Below, one piece after another: positions 47,568 to 56,077 of a stretch of DNA of 64,000 nt (its first letter is position 1; each line of letters starts with the position of its first letter). This stretch comes from a virus (taxonomy: Duplodnaviria > Caudoviricetes), in the IMG/VR virus record IMGVR_UViG_3300017987_005501; one strand, written 5' to 3'. The notes beneath the pieces were generated by a model. It made no database searches, was not told the DNA's origin, and was given only the letters and a program-made list of their open reading frames with translations. The position numbers and the translations under genes are program-made.

Positions 47568-48161
47568 TTATAGATCTACTATTTGTTGATCTGCTCCGTT
47601 ATCACATATACCTAAATTAGCAAAAATTTGTAAATAACCATCCGCAAGAATAGCTTGCTGAACAATTTTATTAAGATATTCTTTCCAATCAAATATTTGA
47701 GCCTCTAAACCTACTATGGCTTCGTCTGTAAAACTAGCTAATTCCTTGCATTCCTCGATATTAGAGTCTGCCCCAGCAATTAGTAGGGCTAAATCATTTA
47801 AAGGCGCACAACTAAAAACGGAATCTGCTAAATTATTATAAATATTTACAGCTACCTGTTGGGTCCTATCCATCGCATTTGCAATAGTTACGACCCTATC
47901 CAAAGCATCTGTACTTGATTTAAGTTGGGCAATAATGTCTACTTGACACCCTGGCGCGATTACGCTAGTTTGTTGGGATCTATCACTACTAATTCTTCCA
48001 TCTGCCTCAGCATTGGCGCGCTCTAAATCCCCTTGAGTCATAACTGGTTCAGCTATTTCTCTAAGGAAATCGCATATTGCGGCTGCAGTTGGTGCGTTAA
48101 TTGCGTCTATAATACATGGTGCAAGCATGTAAAGGCAAGAAACTGCTGGTGGTAAGGCCAT
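47568..48161 (-). CDS. Hypothetical helical Cys-containing protein
   Basis: 197 aa; GAGGA SD. Confidence 0.7.
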   Translation of the reverse strand: MALPPAVSCLYMLAPCIIDAINAPTAAAICDFLREIAEPVMTQGDLERANAEADGRISSDRSQQTSVIAPGCQVDIIAQLKSSTDALDRVVTIANAMDRTQQVAVNIYNNLADSVFSCAPLNDLALLIAGADSNIEECKELASFTDEAIVGLEAQIFDWKEYLNKIVQQAILADGYLQIFANLGICDNGADQQIVDL

Positions 48162-48164
48162 ATC

Positions 48165-48554
48165 TTAGTTATCCTCATCTTTTTCGTTGATCTCATTTAT
48201 ATTTTGTATAGTATGAAATTTATTTAAGTGTATCTGGGGTCCTTGTTTAAATGCCATGTAAGCAACATGCATCCAAGTTGATAATCGGTGAACCCCTAAA
48301 CCAATAAAAAAAGGTTCAGCCCAGAAAATAATAGGGTTAGCCCCAAATCCCAATCTCAACGAAAATAAATAACACAACCCAATTGCGACCCAAACCGAAA
48401 AGCAGGCGCCACAACTTAAAAGCCCTTTAAGGAAGGAAGACCACCCCATTAGTTTTTCTCTAATCTTTTCAAAAATAATTCTGCTTACAATAATTTCGGT
48501 AAAAGCCTCAGTAATGAAGGCTAGTAAGAAAAATTTAAATAAAAAATCTAACAT
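48165..48554 (-). CDS. DUF1360-like small membrane protein
   Basis: About three hydrophobic segments and LLSCGACFSVWVAIG (CxxC-x-SVW) motif. Confidence 0.7.
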   Translation of the reverse strand: MLDFLFKFFLLAFITEAFTEIIVSRIIFEKIREKLMGWSSFLKGLLSCGACFSVWVAIGLCYLFSLRLGFGANPIIFWAEPFFIGLGVHRLSTWMHVAYMAFKQGPQIHLNKFHTIQNINEINEKDEDN

Positions 48555-48775
48555 TATCTTTGGATCCTATACATTTGTTTTCCACATTTTTTACACTTAC
48601 ATTTAACTACCATTTGTGCCCCTAACTTAATAGGGCTCGGATTCGCTTTTAATTCGCCCCCACAATGAACACATCGATTAACCCCCACTCTAACTGTTGG
48701 CTTTGTTGCTGGGGTCTTTGCTATGGGGGTAGGTCGCGGATTATTTCTCCTTCTTCCTCTTCCACAACATGCCAT
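48554..48775 (-). CDS. Small basic Zn-ribbon protein with N-terminal MACCG
   Basis: CVHCGG...CKCKKCG; strong AAGGAG SD. Confidence 0.8.
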   Translation of the reverse strand: MACCGRGRRRNNPRPTPIAKTPATKPTVRVGVNRCVHCGGELKANPSPIKLGAQMVVKCKCKKCGKQMYRIQR

Positions 48776-48803
48776 AATTCTCTCCTTTTTAAAGTATATC
48801 CTT

Positions 48804-48822
48804 ATTTCTATTGTATAGAAAT
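48804..48822. promoter_or_regulatory. Perfect 8-bp inverted repeat (ATTTCTAT-tgt-ATAGAAAT), candidate operator
   Basis: Read directly; shares base 48822 with the end of motif copy 3. Confidence 0.4.
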
Positions 48823-48831
48823 GAATTATTA
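48822..48831 (-). promoter_or_regulatory. Candidate phage promoter motif TAATAATTCA (copy 3)
   Basis: Same 10-mer; overlaps the TAA stop of 48829-53145; 47 nt upstream of the ATG at 48775. Confidence 0.5.
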
Positions 48832-51800
48832 GGTTATTTGGTAGTTTTCTTCTCCTAAAATTTCTTCTCCTATACTATTTCTTCCCTCAACAAATATCTG
48901 GAGAAGAGGATTAAGAAGTTGATTTCTTATTTGAGCCGTTACTATCCAATTTTGGTCGTCAATATACCCTATATTCATATCAGACGAAGCATATAATTGG
49001 TTGTAATCAAAAGCATTTATTCCTGGGATATTAAAAGTATCCTGTGGTCGTGTTGGGTAGGTTGGGTTAATCCTTAATGCTTCGGAAGTTAGATAAACTG
49101 GGATTAAGTTATCGTTTAGGGAATAAGAAATAACAGAGGAGGGGGCAGTATTTGTACTTGTCGTAACAACGTATCCCCGAGAAGGATTAAATAAATCAGT
49201 TATTGGTAAATCAAAATTATCAGCGGAAGCCTTTATTCTTATTGTGTCCCCAGGAGAAATTCCGAGACCCCCGGCATTAGTTATATCTACTACGACAATA
49301 TTTGTGGCTAAATGAGTTTCATAAATTTCAAATTCTAAAACCGAAGGTACCCTGCTTAAAGTATAAGTCCATGAATCCTTGTAATCTAGGGGATTTGTAG
49401 GATCAAATTGGCCATCTCTTAAAATTGTTCCCGAATCCAGAGTAATCTCCAGAAGATCTCTGTTTCCAAAATACCCAGGAACAGGAACGCTCCCCAAGGG
49501 GTTCACGGCAATAATGGTAGAATAGAGATAAACATCCCTAGGTCTAAAAGAAACTGTTTGAATAGCTTCATAAACGCCTAATTGATTAGGGCCTGTGTCC
49601 CCTCTAAGTAGAGTAAAAGATTGTGTTACAGGGAAGAAATAAGTATTTCTAACAGCTCTTGGTAAAAGGCTAATAGAACTAACCCCTTCCTCTGAAGTTG
49701 CCTGGAAGGATGCTCTCAAAGTAAAAGTTTTCAACTCTGTGTTTCCAATTATTTCGGAGGAATCGAAATTCTGAACTTCGGCAGTTATATCTGCTAATTT
49801 AACGTATGGGTCTGTCCCATAAAAAGATTGTGATTCTGATGAAGTTATTAATTCAGACCCAGCCGATATTGAAATTTCAGGTGTTGGTTGAGCCGCAGGC
49901 AAAGGAATTCGAAGGATTAACCCAGCACCACTACTATAGGAATAGGAATCATCCGTTTGAACCCCAATAATGCTAACAGCTGTCATTCCAATTAATTGGT
50001 TTAAGGTAATGTTTTCATCTAAATCGATTATGGTTCTTCCCTCTGAAGAAATTGATATACTAGCATTAGTTAAATCGTATTGACTATAAGCTCCGGTTAT
50101 TGTATCAATTCTCCCTACAGTTAGGATATCATTAAAATCGGTAAGGGCAACCGGAATTGAAACTTCGTAACTTGTTGCGTCGTCCACGCTGGCTTTTATT
50201 GCCTCGTCAAAAGCGATTAATTCCCGATTTGGACTTTGCAAATCAAATCTAAGAGCCCATGCGTATTCTGGGGAATCATAACAAACAATATTTTTAGGGT
50301 CCCCACAAGCTGAATTATAGATAAACCCAGGCTGGTATGAAATAGTTGAGGTATTATAAATATTAAATATAGGGGCAGAGGGAGTGAGTGTTGTTATATT
50401 AGGACCAGATAATGTAAGGGGAGTTCTCTTCCCGTCGTTATCAACTGCCAAAATTGCTATACTTAGCGGAATTCCATTTTCAAAGGATATTCCGGTAGAA
50501 ACAGTATCCGGGGTAAAACCAAAGTAAGTAACAGCATTGCCGTCTATAATTTCTAGTTGGTCATTAATTAGACAGGTACCTGCTTGTACACAAGGATCAA
50601 CACCACTTACAGTAGGTAACCCCGTACCGCTTCCCAACGGATTCCGTGGGATCAAATTTTTACAGGTAAGAACAAGGTAGCCACTGGAAACTGTTGCTCC
50701 TAACTCGTTTGTTTTACCTATAATATCAGCTGATATATCTAAAGCTGATAAATCTGTTCCGTGTTCTAATGTGACAGTTTCGCTGATTCCGTTACAAAAT
50801 ACATTAAAGGTGTCGTTTGTAGAGTCAACCTTAAATAATTCTTGGGTGTTTCCCTGAATTGATGCCCTGCTACCAATTTCAAGGTTATTATTAACTAAAC
50901 CCACTCTATTATAGTATTGTAATGGCAAACCAGACTCATTTAACCATATTTCGTATCCGACGATATTAAAAAACCTTCGCCATTTATATTCTGCTTTTAA
51001 CCTATCTCTAGGATCAATTCCAATTTCAGAGTTTAAACCATCTGATTGGTTTAGGATAATATAGTTATCAGTCCATGTTGCATTTGTTAAGTTGTATGTT
51101 TGACCTCCGCGATCAATATTCTGAATAGAATATAACTCTTCAATAAAACCTGTTGTTCCTAATTCGTAGTTCTTAATATCTAATCGCCAATCGAAGTCAT
51201 TAGATTCTGTTGCGTCGAGATTAAAAGTTGCTTGTGTTACGTCATCTGATTTAACCCGAATTAAGTCATCATCCCGCATCCCAATAATTTGGTTTTTAGG
51301 AGTTGTGGGGTCTATTTTAATTAAGGTTGACCCTTTAATGAAACTCGCTCCCGATAAGGAATAATAAGCGTCTTTTGTTGCATTATAAATACCACTCACA
51401 GTAGAGAAAGTAGTATTTAAGGTCGTTAAAGTCCAAGTTAAGGGGTTAATATGGTCCACCTTTCTTCGAACCTTACAATTACAAAGTAGCGTATCTGAAA
51501 GGTTTGCCCCAATATTTGCATTTTGGTTTGTTTGGGAAACCATTCCATTTAAGTTATAAATATTTGATCTTGTAAGATTTTTAATTTCCGTGATATTTGG
51601 GACTTCTGTAACTTGAAAATTCGCAACCCCAAGAATTAATTGTTGGGAATTAATTAGAGTTGCTACCTGCGCCCCTAAGCCATCAAAGGTTACTTCAACA
51701 TTATCCCCAGGAAAAGAAGAAAAAGTTTGTATCTGAGGGTTAAGTTTAATTTGAACATCGTAACCTGCAAACCCCGAAGCGGCTTCTATTTGGAAAGAAT

Positions 51801-53145
51801 TATAATCTAAAACGTTATAGCCCGTTACGCTATAAGTATCATAGGCCCCATCCGTTGGTCGGACCCGATATAAATCATCGACCCTTTGAATTGAGGATAT
51901 ATCAGGGGATAACTCAGGAACATCTAATCGAACAATCCAATTTACTCCACTTACAAAAGTAAAAGAAGCTGGTACCTGTCTATAATAATCCACGGAAACA
52001 GAATCCGTTTTTTGCAAACCAATAGTTATATTTAAAGGATTCGTGTCATCCAAAGTCGCTCTATAAGTTGACCCAATTGTTATATCTGCTCCAGATAAAT
52101 CATAAAAAGTATTATATGGGGGTGGGACAGAGACTGAATCGTTTCTTATGGCAGTTATATTATCAAAATCATTGTTTACAGCAATAAAGTAGTCATCGGC
52201 ATCTATTACGACTGCCGTATAGTCGATATCAGAATATTCTGTTGTATCAACTAGAATCTCGGGCATTTCCCAACCAAGGTAGAATCCACCATAATAGGGG
52301 ATAGCAGAAGTGATAACTGGGGCTGGCACATCCAAAGGGTTATCGGTTGAAACATTTATAACGTCCTGATATTCGCTATAAAGGGGATTTGGGTCAGTGT
52401 TGAATGTTCTTACGGAATAAATAAACGGAGAATCCGCCGGAACAGGGTTAACGAAGTAGTTAAAGGTAAAATAAGGGACAGCGGCTACGACGGCATTATT
52501 AATTGCAATCTCGTATCCCAAAATTCTTTCTGTCGGTGTGTTTGATGGTGGATCCCAGCGCAGCAAAACCCCACGCATAAAAGAAGAGGCCGTAAGATTT
52601 TCGGGAGGCTCTGGTGGCACAGGGTCGTCGTTTCTTGTCGTATCCGGGGTTAATTCTTGTTTGGGACATTCAACCCCAACAAAGTTTAGAACTGGCCATT
52701 GAAAAGTTTCATTTAATAATTTCTTTCCTATCGCTACTGCTTGTTTAATAAGCCCGGAAGGGTTTAAAACTTGTAAGTCTAGAGTTATTTGGTCTAACAA
52801 ATTCTTAATATTTTTAGCAGCTTCCGCTATGCTGCCACAAGACTCTTCATCCCCATTACACTTAAAAACCGTATCTAATTGGTTTAAAGCTTCTGAGAAG
52901 TTATTAAAGTCCAATGCTTTGTCCTTGTAATCCCTAAAACTATCTTTTAATGCGTTGAGATCCCCATCTAGTTCTGCAGATAAGTCCGCCCAGGATTGCT
53001 TAAAAACGTCGGAAGTTTCTCCTAATTTAATAGGAGATAATTTCATTAAAAACTCTGATACACAATCTGGGAGGCCTAAATCGACATCGCAAATACTTTT
53101 GCCGTCGATAGTTATTGCATCGCCTGGAATTGCTAGGTTTGCCAT
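48829..53145 (-). CDS. Large FN3-containing baseplate/virion protein
   Basis: PEPPENLTASS...LLRWDPP...GYEIAIN...YSVRTFN FN3; second interrupted FN3; repeated YxLxxA modules. Confidence 0.7.
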   Translation of the reverse strand: MANLAIPGDAITIDGKSICDVDLGLPDCVSEFLMKLSPIKLGETSDVFKQSWADLSAELDGDLNALKDSFRDYKDKALDFNNFSEALNQLDTVFKCNGDEESCGSIAEAAKNIKNLLDQITLDLQVLNPSGLIKQAVAIGKKLLNETFQWPVLNFVGVECPKQELTPDTTRNDDPVPPEPPENLTASSFMRGVLLRWDPPSNTPTERILGYEIAINNAVVAAVPYFTFNYFVNPVPADSPFIYSVRTFNTDPNPLYSEYQDVINVSTDNPLDVPAPVITSAIPYYGGFYLGWEMPEILVDTTEYSDIDYTAVVIDADDYFIAVNNDFDNITAIRNDSVSVPPPYNTFYDLSGADITIGSTYRATLDDTNPLNITIGLQKTDSVSVDYYRQVPASFTFVSGVNWIVRLDVPELSPDISSIQRVDDLYRVRPTDGAYDTYSVTGYNVLDYNSFQIEAASGFAGYDVQIKLNPQIQTFSSFPGDNVEVTFDGLGAQVATLINSQQLILGVANFQVTEVPNITEIKNLTRSNIYNLNGMVSQTNQNANIGANLSDTLLCNCKVRRKVDHINPLTWTLTTLNTTFSTVSGIYNATKDAYYSLSGASFIKGSTLIKIDPTTPKNQIIGMRDDDLIRVKSDDVTQATFNLDATESNDFDWRLDIKNYELGTTGFIEELYSIQNIDRGGQTYNLTNATWTDNYIILNQSDGLNSEIGIDPRDRLKAEYKWRRFFNIVGYEIWLNESGLPLQYYNRVGLVNNNLEIGSRASIQGNTQELFKVDSTNDTFNVFCNGISETVTLEHGTDLSALDISADIIGKTNELGATVSSGYLVLTCKNLIPRNPLGSGTGLPTVSGVDPCVQAGTCLINDQLEIIDGNAVTYFGFTPDTVSTGISFENGIPLSIAILAVDNDGKRTPLTLSGPNITTLTPSAPIFNIYNTSTISYQPGFIYNSACGDPKNIVCYDSPEYAWALRFDLQSPNRELIAFDEAIKASVDDATSYEVSIPVALTDFNDILTVGRIDTITGAYSQYDLTNASISISSEGRTIIDLDENITLNQLIGMTAVSIIGVQTDDSYSYSSGAGLILRIPLPAAQPTPEISISAGSELITSSESQSFYGTDPYVKLADITAEVQNFDSSEIIGNTELKTFTLRASFQATSEEGVSSISLLPRAVRNTYFFPVTQSFTLLRGDTGPNQLGVYEAIQTVSFRPRDVYLYSTIIAVNPLGSVPVPGYFGNRDLLEITLDSGTILRDGQFDPTNPLDYKDSWTYTLSRVPSVLEFEIYETHLATNIVVVDITNAGGLGISPGDTIRIKASADNFDLPITDLFNPSRGYVVTTSTNTAPSSVISYSLNDNLIPVYLTSEALRINPTYPTRPQDTFNIPGINAFDYNQLYASSDMNIGYIDDQNWIVTAQIRNQLLNPLLQIFVEGRNSIGEEILGEENYQIT

Positions 53146-53168
53146 ATCTTCATCCTAATCTAAATTTT

Positions 53169-56069
53169 TTATCCTAGAATAACCCGCCCACCATCAACTG
53201 TTGCCTTGGCAGACCCACCAGTTACTTCTGCAGTAGTGCTATTTACTGTTAACCCGGCATCGTTATTCAACACAAGTTTTATATCTCCTGAAGCTCCCAA
53301 TTCAAGTTTCGATCTATTAAATCTTCGACTGCTATCCGCATCGTCGAAAGCATCTTCAAAAGAAGAAGAATCGCTCCCTGTTTTAATTAAGATATCATCT
53401 GTTGTCGCAACTATCCTTTTTCCTAAAACAACTAATGTATCCTTACCATTTTGCCCAATAAAAACTCTACGTTGTGGGGTCGAGCCATTAGGTCCAACTT
53501 TAGTTGAAGCCGTAGTTGAAGCCGTAACAGTTTCATCTTCATAATTTTTAACGTGCTGGGTGAAAACCCCGTCAACCTCCCAATAAACGTTTCCTATATT
53601 TCTTCTATATTCATCTCCATGCACCACAATATTAACATTTCCAAATATCTCTAGGTCTAGGGCTGCTTCGTCGAATGGATTTCCAGCAACATCCATTTGG
53701 GCCAAGCGTTCGTACTCTTGAACTCTATCGTTGTTATCCTTATATTTCCCCGTACTTGCTAAGCTTGTATTTGCTAAAGCATCTGGTTGGCCAAGGCGCA
53801 TCTTTGCACCTTTTTTAGTGTAAACGCAAAGAGAATTTCCAAAGGTTCTGTCAACGTCTCCCGCCCCTTGGGAATTATCAGGATTATTTTCTCCAATAGG
53901 TTCAAGCTCGTTTCCTAATTCAAAAGACCCTTCTGTGAAAATAGTAACTGACCTGTGGGAAATATTATCTTTGCCAATAAAAGGCATAATAATAGCGCCA
54001 TCGGTAGCAAATTCTAAGGATGTATTGCCCCCTCTGTAGACTAAGCCGCCGGGCTGATTGAACATCCGGTTTGTAATCGAGCCATTTGGGTCATTATAAA
54101 GTATTTCCTCCCCTGCCTCGACAATAATTTCATTTCCTTCCGAGTCTTCTCCTTTTTCCACCTTAACCCGATAGGTATCTTCACCATCTCCAGCACTTCC
54201 TAAGTGAATAAAATGTCTCCCATCACTTCTATATTCCATAGATAAATGATCTTTAACATTTTTTCCTTGAATAATCCTTCCCTTTCCTTCAATTTTAAGG
54301 TTAAAGCTATTGTTTGTTCCAATAGCTTGAGGATTATTGCTCTCACCTGCGGGGAAATCGCTGCCAATCGTACCATAGATCATTCCATATGTTTGAAGGA
54401 GCAGAGAAATCCTTCGAGAGAAATCTCTTCCTAAAATTAATTTAGACCCACCTTCTACATTTCCTTCTATAGACCACCCCTGGAGCTTCTCGGGACCGTT
54501 ATCTGTTGTATCTGCAAACGAAACCCCAGCCCCGTAAAGTGGCCCTGCCCCTTGATACCCAGGAGATTTCCTAGCTGTTATTCCCTCAGAATCGGATGCT
54601 TTTAACTCTCCGTATTTCGAATCAGAGGCAGCTATATTAAATAGGATATTTCCGGTTTTAAGTATATCAAAACGCGTATAAGAAGGTTCTTGTTCGGGGT
54701 TATAAATTAAATTGGTTGTTTTAATTTGCCCACCCCAATAATAGGAGTCAATATTCCAGGATAAAGCTTCTTCAATTCCTTCGCTATCAATATCGAATAC
54801 AGGTGGATTAATCCCACCCTTTACTTCATCAGCTGCTCGGTCAACAATTGTCCCATTTAAAGGAAAGCTTAAGTGTAACGTAGAAGCATATCGTTCTTCA
54901 ACTATTTGTTTTGCTGCGAGCTTTGCTTCTAAATTAGTCAATTCTGCATAGGATTCTTCTGCATATAAATCTGAGGTAGTATAAGGGTCCGATCGCCTAT
55001 GGGAGGAATATGGGGTTAAGAAGAGATCGTCAATTAAGACTCTTCCATATAAAATGCTGCTAGGATCATTGCTGATTAGTGTTCCATAGTTCCTCACGAA
55101 GAAAGTTGGGCTTTCTTCTTCGTTCTCCACGTCAAAATCTAAAAGATCTTCATCGACATCAATTATTCCGTTATGTAACTCAACCATTTCTAAACGGTTT
55201 TCTGTAAACGCTAGAGGGGGTACTTCTTTCGCACTTGTTGCTGGAGAAGTAACGGGCGCCTCCCAAAATCCTGGGGGAGTATCCTGAGCTGTTAATGTTC
55301 CAATATAATCTCTTTGTTGCTTATCTAGGGTAGCTTCATTCTCCAGGGAAGCTTCATCTTCATTTGCCTTATTTAAGGTGACTATATATTGGAATTTTCC
55401 ATCAGGCAAAACCATTGCATGGTTTTTTCTTAAGGTGTTTAATTCTGTTGTTATCTGTGCGGGATCTATTTCTTCGTCGCTCTTTTTTAACGATTTAAGC
55501 CATGCTTCTTCATCATTCCTAACAACCAAACCTTTTATTGCTTTATATCCCGCAGCACGTGTAGTATTAATTAAACTATTTGTTCTAATAGATTGATCGG
55601 CTGCTCTGAGTTCAATTTCGTTTAGCCGTTGGTTACTTAAGGAAATATCGTCGCTAACATAAATACTTCCTCCCTGAGATGCCTCGACAAGGGCATCTCC
55701 TGGATATAGTTTTCTTCCTCGTTTTGTTCTAATAAGAGGCTGGTTTCCAATATATAAATCTTCCTCTTGTGCAAAAGTATCGAACCCGTCAGTCGTTGCT
55801 ATTGGTTGAAAATGGTTATATTTATCTAGGGATTGCGCAATATAAGTTATAATTCTTGGGCTACTATCAACTTCATCATCGACCCACCCCAATAAGGCTT
55901 GAGACCCTTCTTCTGGCATTACGCCAACCATTGCTCGGCTACCAACATAACCAAAAGATAGTGGAACTTTAGTAAAGGTCTGGGCCTCCGACTCCGCGTA
56001 GATATCGCAAAGGTATTGTTCTTCGTCTACGAATACGATTCTACCGATTGCTAGTTTTTTAAATGTCAT
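53169..56069 (-). CDS. Baseplate central spike protein (gp5/gpV/VgrG-like OB-fold N-terminus, beta-helix C-terminus)
   Basis: IGRIVFVDEEQYLCDI...VPLSFGY...GVMPEEGSQALLGW; C-terminal TVNSTTAEVTGGSAKATVDGGRVILG; follows the hub. Confidence 0.7.
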   Translation of the reverse strand: MTFKKLAIGRIVFVDEEQYLCDIYAESEAQTFTKVPLSFGYVGSRAMVGVMPEEGSQALLGWVDDEVDSSPRIITYIAQSLDKYNHFQPIATTDGFDTFAQEEDLYIGNQPLIRTKRGRKLYPGDALVEASQGGSIYVSDDISLSNQRLNEIELRAADQSIRTNSLINTTRAAGYKAIKGLVVRNDEEAWLKSLKKSDEEIDPAQITTELNTLRKNHAMVLPDGKFQYIVTLNKANEDEASLENEATLDKQQRDYIGTLTAQDTPPGFWEAPVTSPATSAKEVPPLAFTENRLEMVELHNGIIDVDEDLLDFDVENEEESPTFFVRNYGTLISNDPSSILYGRVLIDDLFLTPYSSHRRSDPYTTSDLYAEESYAELTNLEAKLAAKQIVEERYASTLHLSFPLNGTIVDRAADEVKGGINPPVFDIDSEGIEEALSWNIDSYYWGGQIKTTNLIYNPEQEPSYTRFDILKTGNILFNIAASDSKYGELKASDSEGITARKSPGYQGAGPLYGAGVSFADTTDNGPEKLQGWSIEGNVEGGSKLILGRDFSRRISLLLQTYGMIYGTIGSDFPAGESNNPQAIGTNNSFNLKIEGKGRIIQGKNVKDHLSMEYRSDGRHFIHLGSAGDGEDTYRVKVEKGEDSEGNEIIVEAGEEILYNDPNGSITNRMFNQPGGLVYRGGNTSLEFATDGAIIMPFIGKDNISHRSVTIFTEGSFELGNELEPIGENNPDNSQGAGDVDRTFGNSLCVYTKKGAKMRLGQPDALANTSLASTGKYKDNNDRVQEYERLAQMDVAGNPFDEAALDLEIFGNVNIVVHGDEYRRNIGNVYWEVDGVFTQHVKNYEDETVTASTTASTKVGPNGSTPQRRVFIGQNGKDTLVVLGKRIVATTDDILIKTGSDSSSFEDAFDDADSSRRFNRSKLELGASGDIKLVLNNDAGLTVNSTTAEVTGGSAKATVDGGRVILG

Positions 56070-56077
56070 TTCAAACC

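Noticed and set aside
7042-48799. ATATACTTT 9-mer 16-19 nt upstream of the ATGs at 7023 and 48775
   Set aside because: Only two copies in very AT-rich gaps; insufficient support.
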